The notes beneath the pieces are model-generated. The model was not told the origin of the DNA. It saw nothing but the letters and a program-made list of their open reading frames with translations, and made no database searches. A DNA stretch of 32,000 bases, taken from positions 390,001-422,000 of the forward strand of contig NC_014033.1 in NCBI RefSeq assembly GCF_000025925.1. The letters run 5' to 3'. Shown here in pieces: positions 8,271 through 16,900 of this stretch (positions are counted from its first letter, which is position 1; each line of letters opens with the position of its first letter). This DNA is from Xylanibacter ruminicola 23. Its GTDB lineage: Bacteria > Bacteroidota > Bacteroidia > Bacteroidales > Bacteroidaceae. Position numbers and translations under genes: made by a program.

Positions 8271-8840
8271 CTATTCGAATGAGATTCTTCCGCTGCCTAT
8301 TTCACTATATGCTTTTGCTGAGAGACTGCCGATGTGGAGCTTTCCGGCTGCTACACGTTCGCCATTATCCCTGATAAAGTCTTCGTTGGTGCCGATGAGA
8401 TAGGCAACTTCTTCTTCAGCAGGCTTATATAGGAAACAATCCTGATTGAATATTTCCGAAAGCTTATACAGGTTCTCGTAAAAGTCCGGATCATTGTTCC
8501 GGTCGAATACCAGAAAACTATTTTCCTTGCTCACATCTTGACCTACTTCAGCATAAAAACCTTGGAGCTTGATAATTCCATAACCCATGGCACGAAGCGC
8601 TTCCTGGAGTTTGCGGTTATTCGCATCATTTTCTGCACGTTTATTGCCAGACCTCCACGCAGTGATGTTGGCACAATCGGTTTTGTTTATCCAATACACT
8701 GCCCGATTAAGCGATGCATTTACAGGAAGAACACTCAGGTCTATTTCTTCTGCCTGAGGAGTGGGGGCTTTTGCAACAGCCTGTTCTTCTACGAGATCTT
8801 CAATCTCAAAAACTGGTAATAATACTTCAATTTTTTTCAT
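8271..8840 (-). CDS. Hypothetical protein (189 aa), last gene of the lower Ntn-pair operon
   Basis: Intact ORF starting 12 nt downstream of the Ntn gene stop codon. No family recognised. Confidence 0.6.
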   Translation of the reverse strand: MKKIEVLLPVFEIEDLVEEQAVAKAPTPQAEEIDLSVLPVNASLNRAVYWINKTDCANITAWRSGNKRAENDANNRKLQEALRAMGYGIIKLQGFYAEVGQDVSKENSFLVFDRNNDPDFYENLYKLSEIFNQDCFLYKPAEEEVAYLIGTNEDFIRDNGERVAAGKLHIGSLSAKAYSEIGSGRISFE

Positions 8841-8852
8841 GCTTTTTCGAAT

Positions 8853-9815
8853 TCAAATACCAAATTTACCATATTGTCCGCCTTTCGATGGTTCATACCA
8901 ACTTTTTCGGTTGAGCCATTGAAAACCATCTTCGCGAGTAATGACTGCGAGGTCGACAAGACCACCTACAGATTCTTGTCTGGAAGTTATTTTTCGATGT
9001 AATTCTGTGGCCTTAATCAGATTCTCTGCTAGGCAGGCCATTTTCTGGAGATCAAATTCTTTTATGGCTTCCAGGTGTTGGCGCAAATGCTCACGTCCAC
9101 TTTCTTTAATAATGTCCGTTACCTCTTGACGAATAGCGGGATAGTTTATCTTGCTTTTTAGGGAATCAAGCATGTTCTCATTTAGCAGATTATCAATGAG
9201 ATCTTGGAATTTTCTGCGGATAACACTAACACGGTCATCTTGTATGCCCAATTCTATGGCATCGATAATGTCGGATTGGCCACTCGTGAAAATATTGCTT
9301 TCTTGCTCATCTGATATGCTAGCACATCCGCAAGATTGCCATTGTAGTTTCGATTTGGATATTCCGATAACCTTATACTGGCAGATACTAGGGTAGGACT
9401 CTTCTTGACCATATCCAGCAAATACCAGATGTGTTATTTCTGCTTCTTCGAATGAATACTCCTTATTTATATACTTTGGTATTATTTCTGATTCTATAAA
9501 CTCTTTGAAATTATTAATATAGTCTTGAAATGTGGGAAAACCAGAACTATCATTCTGCTTGCGATACCACCTGATGATGACATCCCATGGAAGTTTTGTC
9601 AATAAAGCGTTGCCAACAATCATAACAGCAACAGGCTGTTTATCTTTTAATCGTAGCATTTTATCGCCAGAATTAACAACCTTGTCTTTGATTGAAATCA
9701 CTTTTTCATTCTTATTCTGAATGGTGACTTCCTGAATTGCATTGGTAAACGTCACAGCACTGTCGGCTGCGATGGCAATGCCTCTCTTATTTAAAATACC
9801 TACTATCGCTGTCAT
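8853..9815 (-). CDS. Proteasome beta/HslV-like N-terminal-nucleophile (Thr1) hydrolase, predicted active subunit (pair 1)
   Basis: The N-terminus MTAIVGILNKRGIAIAADSAVT places Thr at position 1 after Met removal and Asp at position 17. A conserved Lys lies in NSGDKMLRL, followed by VAVMIVG. A mid-protein VFAGYGQEESYP resembles the proteasome AGxD..gP.LY segment. The C-terminus ESVGGLVDLAVITREDGFQWL closes the match. It is clearly paralogous to ORF 19840-21165. Confidence 0.6.
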   Translation of the reverse strand: MTAIVGILNKRGIAIAADSAVTFTNAIQEVTIQNKNEKVISIKDKVVNSGDKMLRLKDKQPVAVMIVGNALLTKLPWDVIIRWYRKQNDSSGFPTFQDYINNFKEFIESEIIPKYINKEYSFEEAEITHLVFAGYGQEESYPSICQYKVIGISKSKLQWQSCGCASISDEQESNIFTSGQSDIIDAIELGIQDDRVSVIRRKFQDLIDNLLNENMLDSLKSKINYPAIRQEVTDIIKESGREHLRQHLEAIKEFDLQKMACLAENLIKATELHRKITSRQESVGGLVDLAVITREDGFQWLNRKSWYEPSKGGQYGKFGI

Positions 9816-9830
9816 ATTTACTCCTTTCCT

Positions 9831-10616
9831 TTAAGCACCATAGAGACTATGTTTGATATATACGAAACCTTCTGCAAGGGTTACTATTCCAATCTCGCGT
9901 GTAGGAGAAATGATAGAATCATTTGAACCAAGCAGACCTTCTGTCTCAATAAGATTCTCCGCCATTGACACCATGTCTTTAATGGTGAAATCAGAGACAA
10001 CTTGAGTTACTTTTGCGTCTTCCTGTATTTCCGTGAACATCTTTGCAATACTGTTTCTATCTCCTTCAATTAGGCCTGCGGCGGCATCCTTGTTGCCCAT
10101 TATATTGCCTAGAGTCTTATGTAACAAACTGCCCATTTTGTTTATAATATCTTCAGACACTCCTCCAGACAAAATACGGATATTCTCACAATTGCCTAGA
10201 TTTATTTGAAATACTGGTTTTCTTAAGCTTATTTCGTATTCATTTTTAAAGATGTTGAAGCCTTTTTCATTAGCAGAGATGTTAATAACTCCTGCACGAG
10301 GAAAAATGTCCTTAGGTTCGTAACCTACGCACACGATTATTTTATTGTTTTCCTTAGCCATGGTGTCTTTATCTACATGACTAAACGCTTCTTTAAGATA
10401 GTAGTAGAAGTCTTTTACGCTTTCATCGAAAGTGTTTTCTTGTGTAAGGCTTTTCTTGGCCTGATAGGCCATGATGATGTCGTCCCACCTTAGTCCAGAA
10501 GTCGGATCAACCATAATCGCAAAAGGTATTTTTTCGCTGTAGCGAAAAATGGTGTGGTCGCGACTGGATGCGCATACTGCACCATGCATGTTCATCATTA
10601 AAATTGCTGCTGCCAT
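9831..10616 (-). CDS. Proteasome-like Ntn-fold paralog, catalytically degenerate subunit (pair 1)
   Basis: 261 aa with the same layout as the downstream gene (AILMMNMHGAVCASS..., ...WDDIIMAYQAKK, IVCVGYEPKDIFP, ...IGIVTLAEGFVYIKH). The Thr1 and Asp17 equivalents are Ala and Ser in a hand alignment. Confidence 0.5.
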   Translation of the reverse strand: MAAAILMMNMHGAVCASSRDHTIFRYSEKIPFAIMVDPTSGLRWDDIIMAYQAKKSLTQENTFDESVKDFYYYLKEAFSHVDKDTMAKENNKIIVCVGYEPKDIFPRAGVINISANEKGFNIFKNEYEISLRKPVFQINLGNCENIRILSGGVSEDIINKMGSLLHKTLGNIMGNKDAAAGLIEGDRNSIAKMFTEIQEDAKVTQVVSDFTIKDMVSMAENLIETEGLLGSNDSIISPTREIGIVTLAEGFVYIKHSLYGA

Positions 10617-10632
10617 ATTGCTTCAGATTTTT

Positions 10633-10660
10633 TTGTTACTTCTGATTGCAAAAGTAACAA
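10633..10660 (-). promoter_or_regulatory. Hairpin (9-bp stem) embedding a canonical -7 box (TACTTTTG) upstream of the Ntn pair 1 genes
   Basis: ttgttactt / aagtaacaa inverted repeat. The complement of 10649-10656 reads TACTTTTG (TAnnTTTG), about 33 nt upstream of the ATG at 10616. The hairpin could also terminate the upstream sigma gene. Confidence 0.45.
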
Positions 10661-10709
10661 AAATACCTGAAACAACAAAACAGAAAAGAGAAAAAGTACG
10701 TTCTTATAT

Positions 10710-11441
10710 TTACGCCGCCTTTGCGTAGGCCTTCTGCAGTTGGTGCAGAATAGCCTTCTCGCGAAGGTCGGCAATGATGGCCTTCATTCTCCTGATGGGC
10801 AGCCCGTACTTCTTGGCAAGGTCGGAAACGGAATACCCGTCATACACCATCTGTGCCAAGTCCATCATCAGGTTTACATCGCTGGGATAGTACCACTTAC
10901 TTAGGAAAGAGCGCAGCCCCTCCTTGGTTTCCTCAAAGTCGCGAAGCATTTCACTGCTCAATGGTGCAGCGGGTATGCGGTCTATAAGGTCGCGGCTCCA
11001 GTTGTCATCATCTGTATCGTGACAGTCGTCAAGCGACAGACAGGCCTGAAGCCCCAGAAGGAGATTGGGGGTCTTGACGGAACATGTCCAGGTCCTGATG
11101 GCCTCGCTGATGGCTCTGCGGATGTGGTGTACCGCATATGAGCAGAAGTGATTATCGAATGAAGGGTTGTAGCGTGCAGCTGCTATGGTCAGACCGTAGT
11201 TGCCAGCTGCGATGAGTTCCTCGATGGGTACGAAGGGAGTGGCCATGTCGATGGCGCAGGTGAGTACAAAGCGCAGGTTGGCTTCGATGAGCTTGTTGCG
11301 AGCAGTGGTGTCGCCTGCCATGATGCGGCGGCCCAGTTCCTGCTCTTCTTCCATAGTGAGAGGCTGATTGTTCTCGATTTGCTCAAGGTAGACGTTGAAA
11401 CCTTCGGCATGATTCTCAAGGAGGTGATGCATTTTACTCAT
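10710..11441 (-). CDS. Sigma-70 family RNA polymerase sigma factor-like protein (243 aa)
   Basis: Region 1.2/2-like: ...PLTMEEEQELGRRIMAGDTTARNKLIEANLRFVLTCAIDMA...ELIAAGNYGLTIAAARYNPSFDNHFCSYAVHHIRRAISEAI. Region 4-like HTH: GYSVSDLAKKYGLPIRRMKAIIADLREKA. Confidence 0.7.
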   Translation of the reverse strand: MSKMHHLLENHAEGFNVYLEQIENNQPLTMEEEQELGRRIMAGDTTARNKLIEANLRFVLTCAIDMATPFVPIEELIAAGNYGLTIAAARYNPSFDNHFCSYAVHHIRRAISEAIRTWTCSVKTPNLLLGLQACLSLDDCHDTDDDNWSRDLIDRIPAAPLSSEMLRDFEETKEGLRSFLSKWYYPSDVNLMMDLAQMVYDGYSVSDLAKKYGLPIRRMKAIIADLREKAILHQLQKAYAKAA

Positions 11442-11466
11442 AATTCTACAGTTTTAATGATTACTA

Positions 11467-11504
11467 TCTATAGTATACAGACACCAAAACCCCGAAATCT
11501 AACA
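11467..11504 (-). promoter_or_regulatory. Island promoter-like motif m7 (upstream of the sigma-70-like gene)
   Basis: The minus-strand sequence reads tgttagatttcggggttttggtgtctgtatactataga. TGTTAGAT is exactly 63 nt upstream of the ATG, as in m1 and m6. GTGT at +20 and ATACTATAGA at +28 are identical to m1. A CATTAAAAC leader element follows. Confidence 0.55.
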
Positions 11505-11516
11505 AAGATCTCGGGG
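11486..11516 (-). terminator. Terminator-like hairpin after the peptidase-RyR gene, overlapping motif m7
   Basis: The minus-strand sense reads ccccgagatc-tttgtta-gatttcgggg (10-bp stem with one mismatch) followed by TTTT. It lies 31 nt downstream of the stop codon at 11548. Confidence 0.5.
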
Positions 11517-11547
11517 AAATATGCTTAAAAGATGTTAATACTGCAGA

Positions 11548-12564
11548 TTATTTATCTTTTGTGATTCTATACCCTAGACGCTGCACAAGTTCGAGAGTGC
11601 CTCGTGCCATAATACGATCGTATTTCTTTTCACTTTCAGTTAGATCGCTGTAGGGAACAAGGTCAGGGTGTTTCTTATGTTTGTCATCGCGTACGTCACC
11701 ATATGTCCACTTATCTTCTATTCTGGCTTTTGCCCAAATGTCATGAGCATTTTCGGCTATGGCTTCCATTAGCTCCTCTAGATCTCCTTCAAGTTTAAAA
11801 CTACTTGCATCAATGGGAGATGGATTGTATTTCCGAACACCTCGCTTTGTTACAGATATAATATAATAATGTGAATCCTGCCATGCAAACATAAAGTTAG
11901 TAGTAGGATGAGTTTCTTCCTGGGCATGCTGTGGGTCGTAGATACGTACCTGTTTGTCGTTGGCAGATAGAACCACTACGGCATGATTAGGTATATTCCG
12001 TTCCGTATTGTTGCTATATAGTTTGTCGGCATTTACAACTGCTATGATTTTACATCCATCATTTAACTCTTTGTTAATGAGATCGTATTCGCAATCGTAG
12101 CGGCGTACTACCGAGAGACGATAAAATTCTGACAGTAGTCTACCGATATGGTGTAGTGGGGTGCCACCAACCTTAAGCCAACCTTTTCCTCGTGATTGTT
12201 CTGTAAGTGATTCTACCGTAGTTTTTATGCCGAATTGTTGTAATAAGTAATGTTCACAACGAACCACGCAATCGTTAGGAGCTTTCATGTCGTGACCATA
12301 CTCTCTGCTTTTGGCCGCCAGCCTGTACATAGGGAGATATGTTGCCGTCATCGAAATGACATTTGCAGGCGATACCTTTTGGGTTCGCTCTTTACTGATG
12401 TGTATATCTGCCAACTTGTTTGATATTGACATCATGATTTCTATTTCTTCCTTTAGGTCGGGATTTTGCTCCGCCGCTAGGAGTATCATTTCGGTTTCTT
12501 CGCCGGTTGCTTTTCCTGCATAAAACCGCGACATCAGTTCGTTTGTTATTCTTTGCTTAGCCAT
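11548..12564 (-). CDS. Fusion protein: anti-sigma-like N-terminal segment + papain-like (C39-like) cysteine peptidase domain + C-terminal RyR domain
   Basis: The start is taken at Met30 of the track ORF (ATG 12562-12564), which gives an 8-nt overlap with the upstream gene rather than 95 nt. N-terminus: MAKQRITNELMSRFYAGKATGEETEMILLAAEQNPDLKEE, the pattern of an anti-sigma N-terminal helix pair. Middle: Cys/His pair in NDCVVRCEHYLL ... IPNHAVVVL ... IYDPQ. C-terminus: AIAENAHDIWAKARIEDKWTYGDVRDDKHKKHPDLVPYSDLTESEKKYDR, matching the RyR (PF02026-type) consensus. Confidence 0.55.
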   Translation of the reverse strand: MAKQRITNELMSRFYAGKATGEETEMILLAAEQNPDLKEEIEIMMSISNKLADIHISKERTQKVSPANVISMTATYLPMYRLAAKSREYGHDMKAPNDCVVRCEHYLLQQFGIKTTVESLTEQSRGKGWLKVGGTPLHHIGRLLSEFYRLSVVRRYDCEYDLINKELNDGCKIIAVVNADKLYSNNTERNIPNHAVVVLSANDKQVRIYDPQHAQEETHPTTNFMFAWQDSHYYIISVTKRGVRKYNPSPIDASSFKLEGDLEELMEAIAENAHDIWAKARIEDKWTYGDVRDDKHKKHPDLVPYSDLTESEKKYDRIMARGTLELVQRLGYRITKDK

Positions 12565-13246
12565 ATATAATCTTTTTTCCGATTTTGAAAAAGAGTTTGG
12601 TGAATGCCTCATTAGCCCTCTTCCTGTCTTGTGATATATTTGTGGAGTCAATGCTTAAATAAGGCATTTCATCTCCCCAGAATTTTCTTCTCATAATTTC
12701 TGCATATTTCTCATTGTCCATCATGTCAACAACCATTCTGATTCTTTCGTTGATATCATTTTTTATCAAATTTTGTTCAGGATTCAGTTCGGGTTTGTTG
12801 TCTGAAACTAGCGAGGGCACTTCTTTTTGAACTCCCCTTGCTATTATTTCATCATGACGTTTATTCTTTTTTCTTTCAGCACTCCTTTGTTCCTGATAAT
12901 GGGCTATGGCCTTTCTTGCTAACCAGATTATGATGCTACCACCCTCAGTTTCGTATTCGCGCAGTTTACTTTTGTCTTTAAATAGAAAGTAGAGGTTATT
13001 AAAGACTTCTGCTTTTACACTATATGCTTCTCTGTTACGAAAGATACTTTCTTGGATGATTGTAACTACTTCGTCAAATTGACCTCCATAGAAAAGCTGG
13101 TTGATGACGTTTATGTCATCATTAAGCAGCCCTTCATAAATCTCACTATCAGATAAATATTCTTTTTTCTCCTCCATGGGGGCAAAGATACGAATTATAT
13201 CTGGAATAAACAAGATTTTGGTAGAATTATTGTGTAACGTTGACAT
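12557..13246 (-). CDS. ECF-type sigma factor-like protein (alternative start at 13177)
   Basis: Region 2-like: ...VKAEVFNNLYFLFKDKSKL...GGSIIIWLARKAIAHYQEQ. Region 4-like: ...IRMVVDMMDNEKYAEIMRRKFWGDEMPYLSI...RKRANEAFTKLF. It sits directly upstream of, and overlaps, an anti-sigma-like gene. The sequence is divergent, so the call is tentative. Confidence 0.4.
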   Translation of the reverse strand: MSTLHNNSTKILFIPDIIRIFAPMEEKKEYLSDSEIYEGLLNDDINVINQLFYGGQFDEVVTIIQESIFRNREAYSVKAEVFNNLYFLFKDKSKLREYETEGGSIIIWLARKAIAHYQEQRSAERKKNKRHDEIIARGVQKEVPSLVSDNKPELNPEQNLIKNDINERIRMVVDMMDNEKYAEIMRRKFWGDEMPYLSIDSTNISQDRKRANEAFTKLFFKIGKKIIYG

Positions 13247-13255
13247 AAGTGTTGC

Positions 13256-13807
13256 TCAGTTGATGCTTTTTAGCTGGGAGTCGATGATGACTTCCAGCCC
13301 GTTGTATACAGCAGGTATGACGGTGCGGCCGCAATACTGGCGAGGGTTGCCGATGGTAAGTTCCTCGCAGCCTATCATTCTGGCAACGACCTTGCGTACA
13401 AATGCCACAGCCATACTCATCATGTGGTCGAAGTCCTTGGCTGTGTATGCTATCATGCGGTCAGGATTAGCCATGAATATAGCGCGATAGAGACGAGCGA
13501 GCTCAGGGAAATCCTTCTCTGGCTTGTTCAGACTGCGACGCTGATACCCCATGGGGTGGAGTAGGGTGTAGATATATATCAGTTTCGAGTAACGGTCCTC
13601 GAACTTGATGACCTCCTCCGTGTTGTCATCCTTCAGTACGATGACGTCGTAGATGTTAGTACCTGAGATGTCCTTGATGTCGCGATGGCGCACCTCAATA
13701 GCGACGGGTTGGGGTGCCCACTCCTTATCTGCTGCCATGTACTCTGCCAGACGCTGCTGCATTTCTTCTACACTCATTTGCTGGATTGCATCTTGAATTT
13801 TGCTCAT
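13256..13807 (-). CDS. Hypothetical protein (183 aa), first gene behind motif m6
   Basis: Intact ORF, with motif m6 exactly 63 nt upstream of its ATG. No family recognised. Confidence 0.6.
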   Translation of the reverse strand: MSKIQDAIQQMSVEEMQQRLAEYMAADKEWAPQPVAIEVRHRDIKDISGTNIYDVIVLKDDNTEEVIKFEDRYSKLIYIYTLLHPMGYQRRSLNKPEKDFPELARLYRAIFMANPDRMIAYTAKDFDHMMSMAVAFVRKVVARMIGCEELTIGNPRQYCGRTVIPAVYNGLEVIIDSQLKSIN

Positions 13808-13832
13808 AATCTTACTGTTTTTAAGTTCAACT

Positions 13833-13870
13833 TCTATATACTTAGTACAGCAAGAGTGAATTTTCTAACA
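13833..13870 (-). promoter_or_regulatory. Island promoter-like motif m6
   Basis: The minus-strand sequence reads tgttagaaaattcactcttgctgtactaagtatataga, followed by the leader element AACTTAAAAAC. Confidence 0.6.
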
Positions 13871-13954
13871 AGTGATGGAGTGTTTTTTTGCAAGAAGTTA
13901 GAATCTGTGCGCAATTATGCCATCACTATCGTGGCATTATCAAGATTCAGGACC

Positions 13955-16900
13955 TTAACCATTCTTCATCAATTCTTTCAGTGTTGCAATCTTTTCTTCT
14001 GTTTGATGAATGCTGTCATCTGATTCGTTTTGCTCATGTTTGAGTTTCAAGCACAACTCAAACTCTTCAAGAGCCTCGTCATAACGACCAAGGTCTTGAT
14101 AGACAGATGCTAAAGTGTCTATAATATAAGGCGTTTCAGGGAATGCCGCAACAGCTTTCTCTGCCCAAGGCAGGGCTTCTTCGTATCGTCCTGACAAATG
14201 GAGAGTCCATGCAATTCCATTATATGCTTTTTTATAGCCATTCTCAGCTGATTTCTTATACCATTCAATGGCCTTTTCATAATTTTGTTCTGTACCACAC
14301 CCATTCGCATACATCCAGCCGAGATTATTTTGAGCGACAGAGTAACCTCCTTCTGCGGCTTTATAAATTAAATCAAAGGCTTTCTCGCCATTTTGTTCCA
14401 CACCTTGCCCTAATCTGTATTTTACTCCTAATTGATTCTGAGCTAATACATGGCTTTGTTCAGCAGCCATACGATATAATTCAATCGCTTTATCAAGATT
14501 AGGTTCTATTCCTTTACCATATTCATAGATTAATCCCAAATTATATTGTGCTCTGGCGTCTCCTTGTTCAGCAGCTTTACTATACCATTCTGCTGCAACT
14601 ACGTAATTTTTCTCAACTCCTTTACCTATTTCATACATATGACCAATATAAAACTGTGCATTTGTATCTCCAAGAGTAGCTGCTTTCTCAAGCCATTGGC
14701 TTGCCAAATTGTTATCGCCAATATTTAGATAGAGGTGTCCTAGCTTTCTATATGTTCTAACTGTGTCTGGATGTTCTGCCCCCAGTACTTTTTCTCTTAT
14801 TTCTAATGCTATCATGTAATACTCCAGTGCATGGTCGTAATTGCCGATATCTTTGTATAAGACACCGATGTTGTAATATGAGCTTGCCGTGTCAGGATGA
14901 TCCTTGCCATGGACTTTCTTTCGGATTTCCAAGGCCTGCTTGTAATACTCCAGTGCCTTGTCGTAATTTCCGAGATTATTGTATACGTTGCCAATGTTGT
15001 TATATGCCATAGCTGTATTAGGATGTTCCTTGCCAAGGACTTTCTCGCAGATGTCTAAAGCATGCTTATGACATTCCAGCGCTTTGTCATAATTTCCGAG
15101 ATCATTATATGTGTTACCGATATTGTTATATGAACTTGCCGTGTCAGGATGTTCCTTGTCCCAGACTTTCTCTCGGATATCCAAAGCCTTCTTGTGAAAC
15201 TCCAGTGCATGGTCGTAATTGCCGATATCTTTGTATACGTTGCCGATGTTGTTATATGATCCAGCTGTATCAGAATGCTCCTTGCCCAGAATTTTCTCTC
15301 GAATATATAATGCCTTCTTATGAAACTCCAATGCCTTGTCGTAATTGCCGATCTCAGAGTATACGTTGCCGATGTTGCTATATAAGCGTGCTGTACCAAG
15401 GTGTTCTTTGCCCAGAACTTTCTCAAGAATATTCAAAGCCTGCTTTTGATACTCCAATGCCTTGTTGTAATCGCCGAGTTCTAAGTATACGAGTCCAATG
15501 TTGGTATATGCCATAGCTGTATTAGGATGCTCCTTGCCAAGGACTTTCTCGCAGATTTCTAAAGCATGCTTATGATATTCCAGAGCCTTGTCATAATTGC
15601 CTAGATGGTAGTATCCGATGCCGATGTTGTTATACGAACCGGTTGTGTCAAGGTGGTCCTTGCCCAAGACTTTCTCTCGGATATCCAAAGCCTTCTTATG
15701 AAACTCCAGTGCCTTGTCATAATTTCCGAAATCAAAGTAAACAAGACCGATGTTGTTGTATGAGTCGGCTGTGTCAAGATGTTCCTTGCCTAGAACTTTC
15801 TCTCGGATATCCAAAGCATGCTTGTGATATTCCAAAGCCTTGTCGTAATTGCCGAAATCATAATATACGATACCAATATTGCTATATGTGCGTACCGTGT
15901 CAGGATGTTCCTTACCCAGGATTTTTTCTCGGATATTCAAAGCTTGTTCGAAATACTTCAGTGCTTTGTCGTAATTACCCAAACAATCGTTTACGATACC
16001 GATGTTGTTATATGAGCGGGCTGTGTCAGGATGCACCTTGCCATGGAAATCTTCACACATCTTTATTTGTCTGTTGTGTATTTCTATTGCATTGTCGAAA
16101 ATGGCATGGTCACGAAGGAAACCTGAATATTCCCAAAAGAAATCGATATATTTATCTTGATCATAGTTTATCTCCTGTGCAATTGCATCGGCAAGTTTGT
16201 AGATTTCTTCTGCCTGTTTGATGCGTTCATCAATAAGAATACTAGCATCTGCCATAATAGAAGTTGCCTTGAGTGACAACTCTTTGATAGATATAATAAG
16301 ATTCTGTCGTTTCTGTTCTGTTATCTCCTTGCTTTGTTTATACTCGTTCAATAGGCATTTAGCATCTTCTTCTGCTTCATTGAGAATTGTGTTGGCTTCA
16401 CGTACTAGCCCTTCGTTAAGAGCATCCATTGCTCGACGTATACGATCATTAATCTCTTCTCCTTGTAATTTTGCAACACGTTTCGCTGTATTAAACAATA
16501 GTTCTTGATGTTGGGCAAAATCTTCCTTCAACTTATTGTATTTGTTAAGCTTGGGTTGGAGGTTATCAATCAGCTTTTCTACATCCTTTTTTATATAATT
16601 ATAATCCTCCTGACAGTCTTCGTCATCAGGGGTTTCTTCTAACTTTGCCTTTTTGGTATCTAGTCTTCTTTGTTTCTTTTCAAGTTCAATTTGCATCTCC
16701 TCAATTTCTTTGCGAAGTTCATGAATGTCAGTCTGCATTCTGAGAAAATCTTCGTTAGCTGCAGCAAATTTGAGATTCTCCATTTTGGCAAATGGAAGGC
16801 CATTGATGGTTACAACGCCATCTTCTACCTTCACATTATCCATCTGGCTGCTTTCAACCAACTGCAACTGCATTACAAACTGGAACTGAAGGCTTTCGCG

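Noticed and set aside
12565-12651. Upstream start (12651) for the peptidase-RyR fusion, adding 29 residues
   Set aside because: It would overlap the preceding gene by 95 nt. The Met30 start gives the 8-nt overlap typical of coupled genes, and the added residues look non-descript.
13887-13925. AGTTAGAATCTGTGCGC... plus-strand partial TGTTAGA-like box downstream of the TPR-Sel1 gene
   Set aside because: There is no GTGT at +20 and no ACTA/TATAGA element, and it points into the 3' end of a convergent gene.
14806-16221. Several 60-190-aa ORFs in alternative frames or strands with repetitive translations (for example 15055-15426, 15109-15516, 15643-16221), and a regular 126-bp periodicity that could superficially suggest a CRISPR-like array
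   Set aside because: The periodicity is the 42-codon TPR unit of the 1119-aa gene. The units are contiguous with no unique spacers and stay in frame, so the alternative-frame ORFs are by-products of the repeat.
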